The notes below the pieces were generated by a model. The model was given only the letters and a program-made list of their open reading frames with translations, was not told the origin of the DNA and ran no database searches. A stretch of DNA of 63,874 nt, the filler included, from Dugesia japonica (lineage: Eukaryota): the NCBI GenBank assembly GCA_001938525.1. It is 6 parts of 6 records of this genome, joined end to end, with 100 filler letters (N's around TTAATTAATTAA, not from the genome) between each part and the next. Parts side by side here need not be neighbours in the genome. Positions count along the whole stretch, not along the records: positions 36,870 to 46,840 come from MQRL01600826.1; positions 46,941 to 55,438 come from MQRL01587326.1; 4 more parts are not named here. One strand, 5' to 3'. Each line of letters begins with the position of its first letter. The stretch's first letter is position 1. A program made the position numbers and the translations under genes. Of the stretch, positions 41,574 through 54,320 are shown piece by piece.

Positions 41574-42019
41574 GTACATAATGACTCAAATTTATTGATT
41601 TCGTGTTGGAAATATAGATATTTTAACAAATAAAATGTTTTTTATTAAATTCAAAAAGATTAAACAATAAATTGCCAATTAATAATAAAGCTCAACGTAA
41701 AAAAATTAACTTTATATTTGAGTATTAAGAAATTGTATTTCTTTCAATTTCGAAGAAATTTCATTTTTTCAAATTTCAAAAAAAATAAACATAACAATAC
41801 AATATTTAAAAAATCTAATTATCCAATGAAATTTATTTCAGAAAAACCTATCAACAAGAAATAAATTACAAAAAAACACGATTACTAACAATACAAATTT
41901 GTTTTAAGATTATTTTAAATTCTTTATCAAATATATCTGCAAAACCAATAAAATACAAATAAGTTAATGCTCCGCCTTTTTTGAAATAAAAACGTCTGAT
42001 AATGTTTAAAATATTGTTA

Positions 42020-42260
42020 CCAAAAGTCGTCCAGATCTATTTTTACGCCTGTTGCTCGACAAGTGTGTAAGAATTGTAAAGACACATCAATGCAATAATA
42101 ATTGTCTAACACATGCATATGACTCAATGACCACTGACTACATGCATACCTCATTTGCATATTTCATTGCAACCAATCAGAATATGGTATGAATTGTATT
42201 GTTTTTAAACGGTCGACATTGTGAACTGACTACTCTATATATACCGGCAGGTTAGTTTGG
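42020..42260 (+). promoter_or_regulatory. Putative promoter of the Axin-like gene
   Basis: GC-richer island with octamer ATTTGCAT (42153-42160), CCAAT (42173-42177) and a TATA-like TATATATA (~42236) upstream of ATG 42301. Confidence 0.5.
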
Positions 42261-42300
42261 ATTACTATAATTTTGTATTAATTACTCGATTTTTAACATA

Positions 42301-44062
42301 ATGACATTATTGATAAACCCTGCACAAGAACCAGTAATACTTCAGTGAGTAATATTCATAAATTTATTAAAATTTAAAAATTATAATGAATTTTAATTAA
42401 ATAAAATTTTTAATTTTAGAGAATCAATTAACAATAGATCAAAAATTTCTCCACATTCAATCACACAGAATTTATTTCAGTTTTGGTTAGCATGCAGAAA
42501 CTTTAAAGCACATTTCAATGATCGACCAATTAATTCGTCATATTTATTAGCCAAAGATATTCATAAAACGTTTCTCAAGCATTACAATTCGACTTCAATT
42601 AAAGATTACACAGAAAAATCCGAAAGAAACATAATCAAAGAAAAACTGAAAAGTTTTCACGATCTCATCAATAAACCAAATCAATTGAAATCAATGTTCG
42701 ATAGCATTCAAGCAAAAATCGCTCAAATACTTTCTCATTATTTGCCAAATCTTTTCCCAGAAAACTTTTCCAAACGTTTCAATGATGTCGGGTGAGCAAA
42801 TATATTATTATTATTATTAATATTACTACTTTAATAAATTATGATAATAAATATTATTATGCTTTATTTATTAAATTACCAAAAATATTAAATATAAATT
42901 CTAAGTAATACCGCCTCATCGATATTTGGTTCTAGAGAAAAAAAGTTAATTAAAGAGTTTTTTTTAAAAGTGAAATTAGCACAGCAATTAAAGGAAGAAA
43001 ACATAGAAAATATTTTTTCTATACTACCCATAATTGTTTCTAAACATGAAAAAAAAATCAGATTTCATTGAGTGTTGAACTTAAACCAATTAAAGAATTT
43101 TCGACTAATCATCAATAATAGCTATTAATTTGATTCTCTTCATTAATTAATTAATAAAATTTTTAATTAATAACAAATTTATTGATATTGAACCAAAGAG
43201 GAAAAAAATTATTGATAATTAAAGGAGCTTTTTTTTTTAGCCGATCATTTAATAAATTAATTCATTTGTTTCTTTTTTAATTTTACAAACAAAAGATGAT
43301 TTTAAAAATTTTACGTTTGTTTTTTTTTTTTACTAATTTCAACTGCAGATATTATTTAAACAATTGTATTCCACTGGAAAAAATGAGTGGTTATTTTTTG
43401 TGTCAGTAGAATCCACTTAATTAGTAATTGAATTGTATTTTTTTTCCACCAACCTATTTCTATTGAATACACACAAAGATTACCTGTAACACAATTCCGA
43501 CAAATTTTCTATTGTAAGTGTATACATTTCTTTATCATCAACTTAAAAGATTGCGGTAAGTAATTATTTATACATATAACTAAATAAATAATATATAGCT
43601 ATAAAATATATATGGATATATAATTTCTGTCGAAGGAGGATGCATGATTGTATGTGTGGCAGCGACAAAAGATGACAATATCTTCTTTGATTTTGCCGCT
43701 TTTTGCGCTAATTGAATGCTGTTCCGCATAGACTATTCATTGGGGATTCTCTGTAGAAATCAATGCGGTTTCATCGTTCAGTGTTTAAAGGATAGGATTA
43801 CCTAATTTTGAATCTGACAAACAGACAAAGATATAGATTTGATGAAGTATATCCATCGTAACCTTATTAAAAAAACACTAGACACTTAATCAAATGTTTC
43901 TTTTTTTCTCATTATTTGATTTTAGTTTTTTTTTTCTCAGTTTATGGTATTTTTCTTTTTTTTAGGAAATCTAAGGCGACTCATGTCCGATTATTAGCAG
44001 AAAAATCTCCACACGATTTCGCTAATTTGCTGATAAGGAAATTGGAGCTAATTTTACCAGAG
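42301..44062 (+). CDS. axin: Axin-like protein, 5' exons (RGS domain + GSK3-interaction helix); exons 42301-42344, 42420-42791, 43966-44062; 3' partial
   Basis: Phase-compatible GT-AG splicing gives a stop-free frame. RGS motifs LFQFWLACRNFK...LAKDIHKTFL...MFDSIQAKIAQIL, then LAEKSPHDFANLLIRKLELI, which resembles the Axin GSK3-binding helix PQKFAEELIHRLEAV. Confidence 0.8.
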
Positions 44063-44339
44063 GTAATTGTTGATTATTAATGTCATATATATATATATAT
44101 ATATATTACTAATTTAAAAAATATGTATACATTTTATTTTAATTTAATTAAAAGCACATTACCTATCGCTGATTTAACTTAATTTTAATTTTAAAATTTT
44201 CATTTAACAATACATTCAATAAATATTTTTGAAATAAAATATAAATTCTAATTTAATACTTACTGAACATTTCATTTTAAAAATTTCATAATTTCCTTTT
44301 TAGATTTCCATAAAAAATAAAAATATAAAAAAATAAAAC

Positions 44340-45300
44340 CAAATTTTATCAAGCCTCTTATGCATATTCCTATAAAAACCATCGCATTGCTCTCAGTTAT
44401 CAATTTTTAAAAATTGAAAATCATAACAATTCGACTTAGTATTGAAATATTATTTGTCATCATTTCTTGTTTTAATAAAAGAAATAAATTCTTCAATAGG
44501 GTTGAGCTCTAGTGAATACGGTACTTAAAAATTTAAAGAAAATTCGATTTTCAAAGAATAAAATCATCACTTTTGTTAATTTATGGAACGGTACATTGTT
44601 CATAATTAGAATTTTGTTTTGAAATCGTTGTAAATAAAGTAGCAGAAATTCTCTTATAAAATCAATACAAGTTTCTCTATTATTTGCAGGCAATTTAGCC
44701 GTTTTTTNNNNNNNNNNNNNNNNNNNNNNNNNNTGATATCTTTTTCTTAGCGGGAACAGTTATGATTATGAGGGCTCATTACTTGAGGCGTAACCGTAAT
44801 ATCACCTAGTGTATTCATTGAAATCTGTTTTGTCAATGAATACAAGATGATCATCAGCATATCTAACAATATCATTTGCATCATTTACCCACGCCTCAAT
44901 CTTTTCTGGTGTGTTACTTTCAATTGGCAATTTAAGTACACTTTTTCTCTTTAAATTTCACTTTTTAAATGTTCTAAAAATTATTGACCTGCCTAACTTA
45001 ATGTTTAAAGTTCTTGAAATTAGAGTTATCACGTCGAATGGTGTAATTATTCTTCAAAACTTCATTGAAAACAATCACATCTAATTAAAGTTCCATTATG
45101 CTGCTGAATTATTTGAAACATTTTTTCCTTAGCTTTTGTAAATTCTGGACCATTTTTATTAGATTTAGCATTTAGCAGTTTGCAGTTAAGTTTTGTATTA
45201 ACTGCAATCTGATTGATTATACAACCACCACTTTTTAGTGCATATTTTTTATTATTTTATAAATATCTTTTGTTACCATTTTTCTTTATTTTTCCACCAT
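44340..45300 (-). mobile_element. Tc1/IS630-like DDE transposase remnant downstream of Axin exon 3
   Basis: HLVFIDKTDFNEYTR*YYGY, ILIMNNVPFHK and a frameshifted YSPELNPIEE-type motif. Confidence 0.75.
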
Positions 45301-46769
45301 TTGTTAATGTTTAAAAAATAACTAATGAAATTTATTAATATTACAAATCCATAATTTCATTTTAATAATTCCATTTTTAATGATTACCGAGAGTAAAGAA
45401 TAAATAGCCCTTTATTTTAAAAAATTTTATTTTATTTTTTTATGTTTTTTTCGAAATAAGAAATTAATTATTTTATTTGTTTAAATCAATGATTAGAATT
45501 TAATTTTTAGAATATTTATTACTAGCTTGTAATTCTTTTATATTTAAATAGATTTTCGCAAAAATAATTGGAAATTGATAAAAGTCTAAGAAATTGTAAA
45601 TCATCTTAATAAAAATTGTAACAAAACATAAAATAATGTNNNNNNNNNNNNNNNNNNNNNNNNNNNNNNNNNNNNNNNNNNNNNNNNNNNNNNNNNNNNN
45701 NNNNNNNNNNNNNNNNNNNNNNNNNNNNNNNNNNNNNNNNNNNNNNNNNNNNNNNNNNNNNNNNNNNNNNNNNNNNNNNNNNNNNNNNNNNNNNNNNNNN
45801 NNNNNNNNNNNNNNNNNTATAATAGATAAATAAATTTATGCCGATTTTATATTTTAAATTCTTGGATAACATGAAGAAAATAGGATATTGAAATGAAGTT
45901 AAACCATTTTCATTATATAAAAAATTCAGGTTTGTAAACGTTAATTAATTACATTAATTTTCAAAGCTTAATATAATCAATAAGTTAATTTTATTTAGGC
46001 TTGCACACACATCCCTGTCGAGTCATATCGAATCTAATTTATTTGTTTTTTTTCGGATCTTTCAAACAAAAATATTCGACAATTTAGATTTAGGATTTCA
46101 ATATTTATTTGCAACTCCAGATAAATTTTTAAAAAAGAGATTATTTTCTGTTATTTCTTTTATTAACTTTTATTTTATTTATTAACTATTGATAAAATCT
46201 TTTCACTCTAATTTATTTTAGTTTCAATACTAAACCTGTCAAGTGATAGGAAATGCAATGATTAAATATATTATAGTATAAATATAAGGAATTACTTTTC
46301 TATTTAATTTACAGTGCTACATAAATAATAATCATAATTAATAATAATTCAATTAATACCTAATTAATCGCAGTTTCAATTGATACGATTTAATATTAAC
46401 TTGCATTAAAAAATAGATAAATTTGAGAAATATCATGAAAAAATAATCAGTCTGTTTATTTCGAATCCTATCCGTTTAGTCACTCGATGATGACAAGTAA
46501 TAAAATTATAAACGTTCAAAATATTTAAATTATAATTTTGTGAATATAAAAAATAAAATTTTACATTCTAATAAATTGTATTTTATATCGTTGATATTTA
46601 GTAAAATATGTTGATTTGTTTTTATGTTATTTACTTGGTTCCTTTATCCGTTTATTTAAATAAATAATTAAAAACGTTATATATATATATATATATATAT
46701 ATATTTAAATAATCAAAGAACAATGGCAATCTTTTAATAAAAACTTTTAAACGCCATTTCAATATATAT

Positions 46770-46816
46770 TTGTAGATTACATGTTTCGACAGCATAACTG
46801 TCATCTTTGGATACAA
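46770..46816 (-). ncRNA. Degenerate minimal hammerhead ribozyme, Penelope pLTR type
   Basis: Minus strand TGTATCCAAAGA-T-GACAG-TTATG-CTGTC-GAAA-CATGTA-ATCTACA: stem II, GAAA and palindromic ACATGT are present, but the CUGANGA core has two mismatches. Confidence 0.45.
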
Positions 46817-46840
46817 TAATAATTCTTTTTTTGAAAATTC

Positions 46841-46940
46841 NNNNNNNNNNNNNNNNNNNNNNNNNNNNNNNNNNNNNNNNNNNNTTAATTAATTAANNNN
46901 NNNNNNNNNNNNNNNNNNNNNNNNNNNNNNNNNNNNNNNN
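46841..46940. other. Artificial scaffold-joining spacer
   Basis: N44-TTAATTAATTAA(46885-46896)-N44. Confidence 0.95.
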
Positions 46941-47179
46941 TTTTGTTTAGGGCCTGCCAGATATGCAGCTTTTTTTTAATACTTTGTTTTATAATCATTC
47001 ACGATTGCTACAATTTGTACACAAGTGGTAATCATTGGCTTGTAGGCGACTACAATATATTCATGGTTTAATAAAATCAGTGTACATATAATTGTACTTG
47101 ATGTATGTTTACTTGATAAATTAGTCATAAATCGAAAAATTTACTTCAATAGTTTGATTCGATCAGGTAATATGTGTCG

Positions 47180-47460
47180 TATTCATTGACTTTACTATAT
47201 TACACTGGTTTTATTGTGACATATGACTTTACTATGGCCATTAATTTTACTGTTACACATTAGTTTACTGTATTACTTGGGATTTACTCTATCACATTTT
47301 ATTACTGTACTAATATCCTTTCTTTATTCATTGGTTTCACTTTATCATATTGGGTTACTGTACTTATTTGCTTACGCTATCCATTAGCTTTGTATATACA
47401 GACACATATAGACTTTGCTGTGTTCACTTATTATTAATGGATTAATTTACTGTATTTACT
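47180..47460. repeat. Degenerate short-period tandem repeat (TTTACT(A/G)T core)
   Basis: Recurrent tttactat/tttactgt at roughly 20 bp spacing. Confidence 0.55.
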
Positions 47461-48224
47461 TTGAAGAAAGTTTTAAATAACTATGTAATTTGATTACCTG
47501 TATCATTAGTTGTAAGATGAAATGGATTATGACTATAGAATCATGTTAACCATCAGTAAACAGTAGAATCAGCTTAGTGTTTATTTTAATAAAAATAGTG
47601 ACTATGGCTTATAGATTTATGTTTAATGGATCAAATGAAGCATATTTAATGGATAAGGTGACTGTATAGTTTAACTTGAACGAGTAGATTAAGATGAATG
47701 ACAGCATTGAATACAATATTTAAGTCAAATACGTAAATGAGTTGAATGTATACGCTTAATGAATATATCAAGTTCATTGAATGTACTAGGTTTATTGGTT
47801 GTATTGCGTTAATTGATGTATCGGGTTTAATTATCTGTATTGGTCTAGATAGAATGTATACAAGTGTTGACATGTTTTCCTTTGTAGTATTGAACAATTT
47901 CTGAATAATAAATTTTGAAAATTCTAAAAGATTACATTTATTGCAAACGGTGTATTTAAACAAAATATATTCAAAATGTTAATATAATTAATTAATAATT
48001 TTAATTAAATTATTTAAAATCAATTGTATCCATATTTCTTTTTGAAATATGACTAAATAACATTCAAGTTTTAAGTGCATTATTGTCAAGAATCGATGAC
48101 TTGTACCCATCAAACAAATATGTGTAACAATTTTTTTTAAACCAAAGGAAGACAAATGTATGATTACAATTAAAATCCCTGGACATAGTTAAATAGAGCA
48201 TGAAATATTTTATCATCGTATAAC

Positions 48225-48555
48225 AATTTATGACTTCTGTGAAATTTTTATTAATTTTCACACACTACTTGGAAACTATGGATATAATTCCATGACTTCT
48301 GTGAAATTTTGGATAAACTTTTACGACTACTCGAAAATTTTGAATAATTTTCCAAGACTTCTTTTAAATTCTGTGTAAAATTTGAACATATCTCGGAAAT
48401 ATTTGCATTATTTTCCCATTGTTTTACATGGGTTTTGAGAATTTTTTTAACACTTCTCTGAAATTCTTTATAATATTCCGATACTTCTCTGAAATTTTAA
48501 GTGATATTCCAACACTTCATGGAAACTCTGTACTATTTTCTAACACTTCTACAAT
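48225..48555. repeat. Degenerate ~31-bp minisatellite (ACTTCTxTGAAATT core)
   Basis: About ten units with a recurring acttct.tgaaatt / ctact.ggaaa core. Confidence 0.75.
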
Positions 48556-48689
48556 AATATAATCATTTATCTTTCATCATCACCATTTGCCTGCATTTCT
48601 GCGTGCACCTCTGATTTCTTCATTCTTTCTTTCATTTAAAAATTAAAAATTTGATCCTAAAAAATCCTAAAAATTTGACTTCTACTCGC

Positions 48690-51200
48690 AATTAATGACA
48701 CTTTTCTGGATTAATTCTTAATCTTGATTCTGGAATTCTTTTAAAAACGTTATCTAAATTTCTATAGTGCTGCTCTAAATTTTCTGAAAATATCAATATA
48801 TCATCTATGTATACCATTGTTTATCTCAATTTTCCTAATACTTTAGTCATTAATTCCATAAACATTTTAGGTGCTGCAGCTATACCAAAAGGCATTTTTA
48901 TGAAACAATACTGTCCATTTTTCGTAGAGAATGCTGTTTTCTCTTGTGAATCTTTATGTAATGGAACTTGATAATATGCATTACCCCAATCAATAGTACT
49001 AAAATATCTTGTACCAATCAAATTGTCTATGTATTTCCTCTACATTTGACATCGGAAATGCCTGTCTTTCTGTGATTGCATTCAGTTTTCTAAAAGCTAG
49101 ACATAATCTAACGTCTTTCCTTTCTTTTTTCCAAACACATATTAACGGAGTGTTCCATTGCGAATTACACNNNNNNNNNNNNNNNNNNNNNNNNNNNNNN
49201 NNNNNNNNNNNNNNNNNNNNNNNNNNNNNNNNNNNNNNNNNNNNNNNNNNNNNNNNNNNNNNNNNNNNNNNNNNNNNNNNNNNNNNNNNNNNNNNNNNNN
49301 NNTGTTGTTCTGCCGATATCCCAGTTGTCTGCCATGAATATTCCTTTAAAAATCATTATAACTTTCTCCAAATTCTCGTTTGGCTTGTTTATCAATATTT
49401 TTATTGTTCTCCTTACTCTCTCTTTATCTGTTGTACTGCGTCCATACTTTGCATCTATATTACAAAAATGCATTTCGTTTTCATCACATTTAGTCTCTCT
49501 CAGCAGTTAGAATCCAAACTGTTTCTGTAATTCTATTCCTTCTATTAGATCTGGATGTATCTGTTTCACGACAATGAATTTAACTGTTTTGCTTTTATTC
49601 TCGAATTCCACTTCTACCTTTATCGTACCTACTATTTCGAACGGACTATTGTTGGCACATCTTAAATTGTCTTCGCTTTTTAATATATTGACTTTTCCCA
49701 ATCTTTCCAAAATTTTCAAACTCATCACATTAACTTTTGTTCCAGTGTCTAACAAGCAATCAAAATTTACGCCTTGTATTTCAACCGTTATACTTGGTCT
49801 ACCTTGCATATTGTCGCTTTATCTCTTCTATCGTCAGAATTTCACTGTCGTCTTCTCCATTTATATCATTGATCATCTCTGGTTGGCCTCTAATTAATTC
49901 TTTCTTTACAAACTTGTAAACCTTTTCTTTTACATCATTGCACTCATCTACTCATTTATCCTTGTTTCTTTTATTTATATCATTATTTATACTTTTACTA
50001 TAATTAACAATGCTGCGTTTTTTTGGGATACTTAATTCAACGCTCCGACAATCTCAACTTCGGCCAGACCTTGGCCATTTGGGTATTCCTCTTTATAAAT
50101 ATTTGATGATTCATTACAATAGTGGCCTTTGTCTTCTCTACATACACAATCTTTTCCATTTTCCTCGATTAAATTAACGTGACTTCCATTTCTTCTTGTG
50201 TAGTTCTTCGTATTGTTCGAATAAAATATTTGGTTGTCACTTCCGAATACTTTTCTGGTATGTTAACTTTTATTCTGATAACTAAACTGTCTGTTCATAT
50301 TTGTGTAACAGTCCTCTGTATTGTGACCTTTCTTGTTAAATCTTGAACAACTAACTTTGGTACAGTCTCTTCTTAAGTGTTGTTCAGATCCACAAGCATA
50401 ACACTTTTTCTTTTTCTTTCTTGGCAATTTCTGCTAACATGACCTATTTTTTTGCAGGTCCAACACGTTATTTCTCGTCTTTCGTTGTTTCTGTTCTTTT
50501 GCATTCCTACATTTGTTGAAATTTGTTTGTACTGGACTTCGCGAACTGCATCTCTGTAGTTACGAACTACATTTATTTCTTCAGTTTTTACTTCGTCTTG
50601 TATGTCTTCCCATTCTTTTATTGCTTTAAATAAATCGTCTACTTTTTCTATTTTTCCTGATTTGGTTTTATGTTTAATCTTTCTGTCGTTGAAGCTATTC
50701 ATTATTAGCTCTTTTGTTAGGTCCTCTTTGTTCCATTTATGAGCCATTAACTTTTCTACCAATCTTTCAATCTTTTTCTTATAGATATTTATATGCTCTC
50801 CATTCCTTCAATAATTTAGAGCTTCCTCCATATCTTTAATCATTGTTGANNNNNNNNNNNNNNNNNNNNNNNNNNNNNNNNNNNNNNNNNNNNNNNNNNN
50901 NNNNNNNNNNNNNNNNNNNNNNNNNNNNNNNNNNNNNNNNNNNNNNNNACTAACTCCTTTGGCCTTTCTTTGTTCCGGTTATATCAAAATATTTTGTTGT
51001 CTTTGACATCATCGCCCAATTTGAAAATTCCAGGGTTTATGGCTTCTTGTAGCAAATCCAATGATGTGTTGGTCGCCATATTAGTTAAATTCAAAACTTC
51101 GCAACTCTCCATAAATTGTATTTATTATTACAAGTGTATTTGATTAAAATAAAAATTATATCAAGAATAATTCATAGTATTCAAACAAATAATCTGAGAA
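48690..51200 (-). mobile_element. gag-pol: Ty3/Gypsy element: LTR remnant, PBS, gag, protease and RT (truncated, decayed)
   Basis: PBS TGGCGACC starts at 51078. Knuckle CWTCKKIGHVSRNC, protease CLLDTGTKVN, RT YFSTID..AYYQV...KTAFST...MPFG...YIDDILIFS...RINPEKC. Confidence 0.92.
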
Positions 51201-51960
51201 ATTTTTCAATAAAATAATAAATCCTTGAGATTCTAACATGATTACCAACTTTTTACTTTGGTTTTTTGATTACTTTTGGTTGTTATCCCAAAAGCCATAA
51301 TTTTATTGAATTATCAGATGATACATCAACAGGTCTTGCTCCATTTAATCCTCTGTGACTTGTTTGATTATAACTATCAATTACTTTCGATAAAATGTGT
51401 ATCCAAATTTTATTACCAGTATATACAAAGTACTTTTTTAATGCATCTCTCAATGTTCGATTAAATCTTTCAACATATGTTGCTTTTTACTGTGAAAATA
51501 CAGAATAATGATTAATCTTGGAATGATTAGTAATATCTATTGACTTTTGAATTATAAACTTGTTTTCCAAAATCTGTTTGCAAATTAAGAGGATTCCCCT
51601 CTTTGTAGATTGTTTTTATTGCAGCTTCCATCTCATTAGCAGGTTTTAATTTTATCACTACAACTCTTGAAAATAATTCAAATACATAAACACGTCAAAT
51701 TATACTTTTATCCTTTATTAATATTTGAATAAGGTATCATTTCCATCAAATCCATTTGCCATAAATCATCAATACCAAAGGTTTTTTACGGTCTTGTTGA
51801 GAATCTTTTCAACATTGGCTTGTTCAGATTGTTCAAACTGGTTCGATAACCACTATTTTGTCTCGCTTTTTGAATTGTGTGTTGCTTTCCATAGTTTTTC
51901 CACTCTTTTTAACTCTGCTGGATTTTTGGAGACTGTCCATATTGGTTCGATTTTGTCCAT
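51200..51960 (-). pseudogene. Maverick/Polinton retroviral-type (rve) integrase, decayed
   Basis: DDE motifs LWQMDLMEM, LQTDFGK and VERFNRTLRDAL, followed by IWIHILSKVIDSYNQTSHRG and KVGNHVRISR. Confidence 0.85.
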
Positions 51961-52022
51961 TACAACAATTTGATATAAGTATGAAATAAATTCTTGATAA
52001 TGATTGTAAGTTACCAATTGCT

Positions 52023-52342
52023 TATGTAAAATTTACTTGTTCTAAGGCTGCTAATGCGATTGACAATAAAGCAGCAAGGAATCCTCCCCTTTGTTTATAT
52101 GTTATTTTTCTCATTAATTTCTTATTATTTGTATTTACAATTGAAATCAATGACCTTTTATGACGTTGTAGTTATAGTTTTTTCATTTTACTGATAATTA
52201 AATTATCACGAACAATATTTACAATAATCTCTAGCAAATTATCTATGGCAAATATTGAAAATAACTGTAACAATTTCCTTGTCGACTCTTTTGAAACCTT
52301 TAGCAATATATTAAAAAGCGGAAGACTTTGTTTAAATTTCAT
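52023..52342 (-). pseudogene. Polinton/adintovirus small protein with C-terminal QRGGFL hydrophobic motif (pX-like)
   Basis: ...NLLEIIVNIVRDNL...LQRHK...KQRGGFLAALLSIALAAL, one internal stop, immediately upstream of the integrase. Confidence 0.65.
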
Positions 52343-52387
52343 TATGTTTTATTTAAATACAAACAGTCAGATTGTTTATATCTTGAC

Positions 52388-53470
52388 TCATTTCCCAATA
52401 ACATTTAAAATTTTCTTTCCAAAGCTTTTTGTTAGTTTTCTGAACTCGCTCAACTGTTTCTTTACCTGTTTCTTTGTTATATGCTTTCTCTTTGTATTCT
52501 TCTTTATTGAATTCTTCTTTGTTTGTTTCTTGTTCTTTACAGTTAGCTTTTTACCTTTCATTTTAGAATTATTCGCGTTTTTCAAACCATCATATACCAA
52601 ATCAACTAAAACTTTTTAAAATTCAGACTTTTTATAATCAAATAATTACTTTAATTGTTCAATTAAAAATTCGGATTGTCAAAGTTCCCGAGCAAAAATT
52701 TAACCATTCCAACCTGAATTCTAAATTTCCTTTAACATATTCGTAACAACCACTCAAAATTCTGCATTTCTGGATCACTTTGTTGGCGGGGGTAGAATGA
52801 AGGTTTTACTGATCCAATGCTGAACTATATATCTACCAGCCAATATCATATTAACTACTGAAATAACCAACAATAAAGAATTTGTAGAAGAATTTATAGA
52901 AAAGTAAAAAATTTATAATCTTAAAAAATAGTTTTAATTTAATATGAAAACTAAATCTTTTTCTGGAAATATCTTTTAATCAAGTTCTAGGTCATACTAA
53001 AAAGTAAATGGAGTAACAGGAAGTAATAACTCGTTAGATAACTCAAACAATTGCTTTAATAATTAGTTATGGAAAAAATATATTATATAATAAAGTATAA
53101 TGCCTTCAGGCGGTGGTCACTTATTTAAACTCAGGTTTATTCTTCTTTGATATTTGAACCACGAACTATTTGAGGTTTCTAATTTGGTGCTTTAAGACCT
53201 GTATCATTCGATCACGTTAGAACGCATCTTCATTTACTATCATTAACTCCTGCTGACTCTTGCAATGGTAATTCGCAAATATTACATAAGCGAATCTTGG
53301 TTAACGATGACAAATCTCTTCTTAGGTTTTCTTTAATAAACACCTTCACAACAGCTTTCAACTTTTCATAGTTATATGCATACTTTTAAGTGTTCAATGA
53401 AATTAGAAACGTATAGGAACACGGATACTTGTCATATGATAATTGTACGTTTGTCACTCATTATTATACC
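52388..53470 (-). mobile_element. Further decayed Polinton-type ORFs, including a very Lys-rich tail
   Basis: Co-oriented with the pX-like gene and integrase; ORF 52600-52388 is extremely basic. Identity is inferred from context. Confidence 0.45.
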
Positions 53471-54279
53471 AATGTATACATAACATCAAAAATATAAACA
53501 GTTAAAATTTGTATATAAAATATTTCATATAATTTGCATTGTAAATACTATTTAAAGTTAATTTTTATTAATAACAAAAAATTATAATTTTATTGAGCAT
53601 TTATTTTATTGAAGGCTGGGAAAAAAAGTACAATGCGGTTAGGTTCATTAAAAGTATGATTTAAATTTTTATTATTTAATTCATAATTTAATTTATTTTA
53701 AAATTTATGGAATTTTTTTAGAACATCACTTTTATAAATGTTGTATTCGTCAATTATACTCTTTCTACCAAACCTTGGCATAATTTAGTATGCTTCAATA
53801 GAAATTGTAATAACACAAGAGAGTTTTTAAGCTCTTTGATTTTATTCGAGTCCCTTTGAGAACCTTTGATTGTAATTTATTTCTAATTCACTAGGTTATT
53901 CTCTACATAATATGAGATATATTTAAAAATCTGAACAAAGTATATGCAACATTTATTGCTAAGATTTCCTGAAAAAACATTTAAAATAATTTTAAAAAAT
54001 AATAATAAAGCATTTTCCAGGAATCATATTTTTCGGGCATTTTTTTTATCAATTTCGAACATTTGATTTCATTGCATACCTCCAAGGCTTATATAAAATA
54101 ATTAACATTCCTTACAAACTTGTCAAAAGTTTTTAGTGATAAAATATGTTACATGTTAATACAAATTTTGCAACAGAACCAAATCTAAATTACAACAAAC
54201 TTGAAGTTGTGAAAAAGCTAGCAATATCAAAAATTAACAATATAAATGAAAAGACAACAGAAAGAACCGAATTAAATAA

Positions 54280-54311
<32 letters not shown>

Positions 54312-54320
54312 TAATAATAA

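Noticed and set aside
45999-46037. Possible terminal Axin exon (ACTHIPVESYRI*)
   Set aside because: Only an AG acceptor and a short frame; no DIX similarity or other support.
51078-51960. Integrase as part of the neighbouring Gypsy element
   Set aside because: It lies upstream of the PBS and gag and has Polinton-type motifs and neighbours, so these are two juxtaposed elements.
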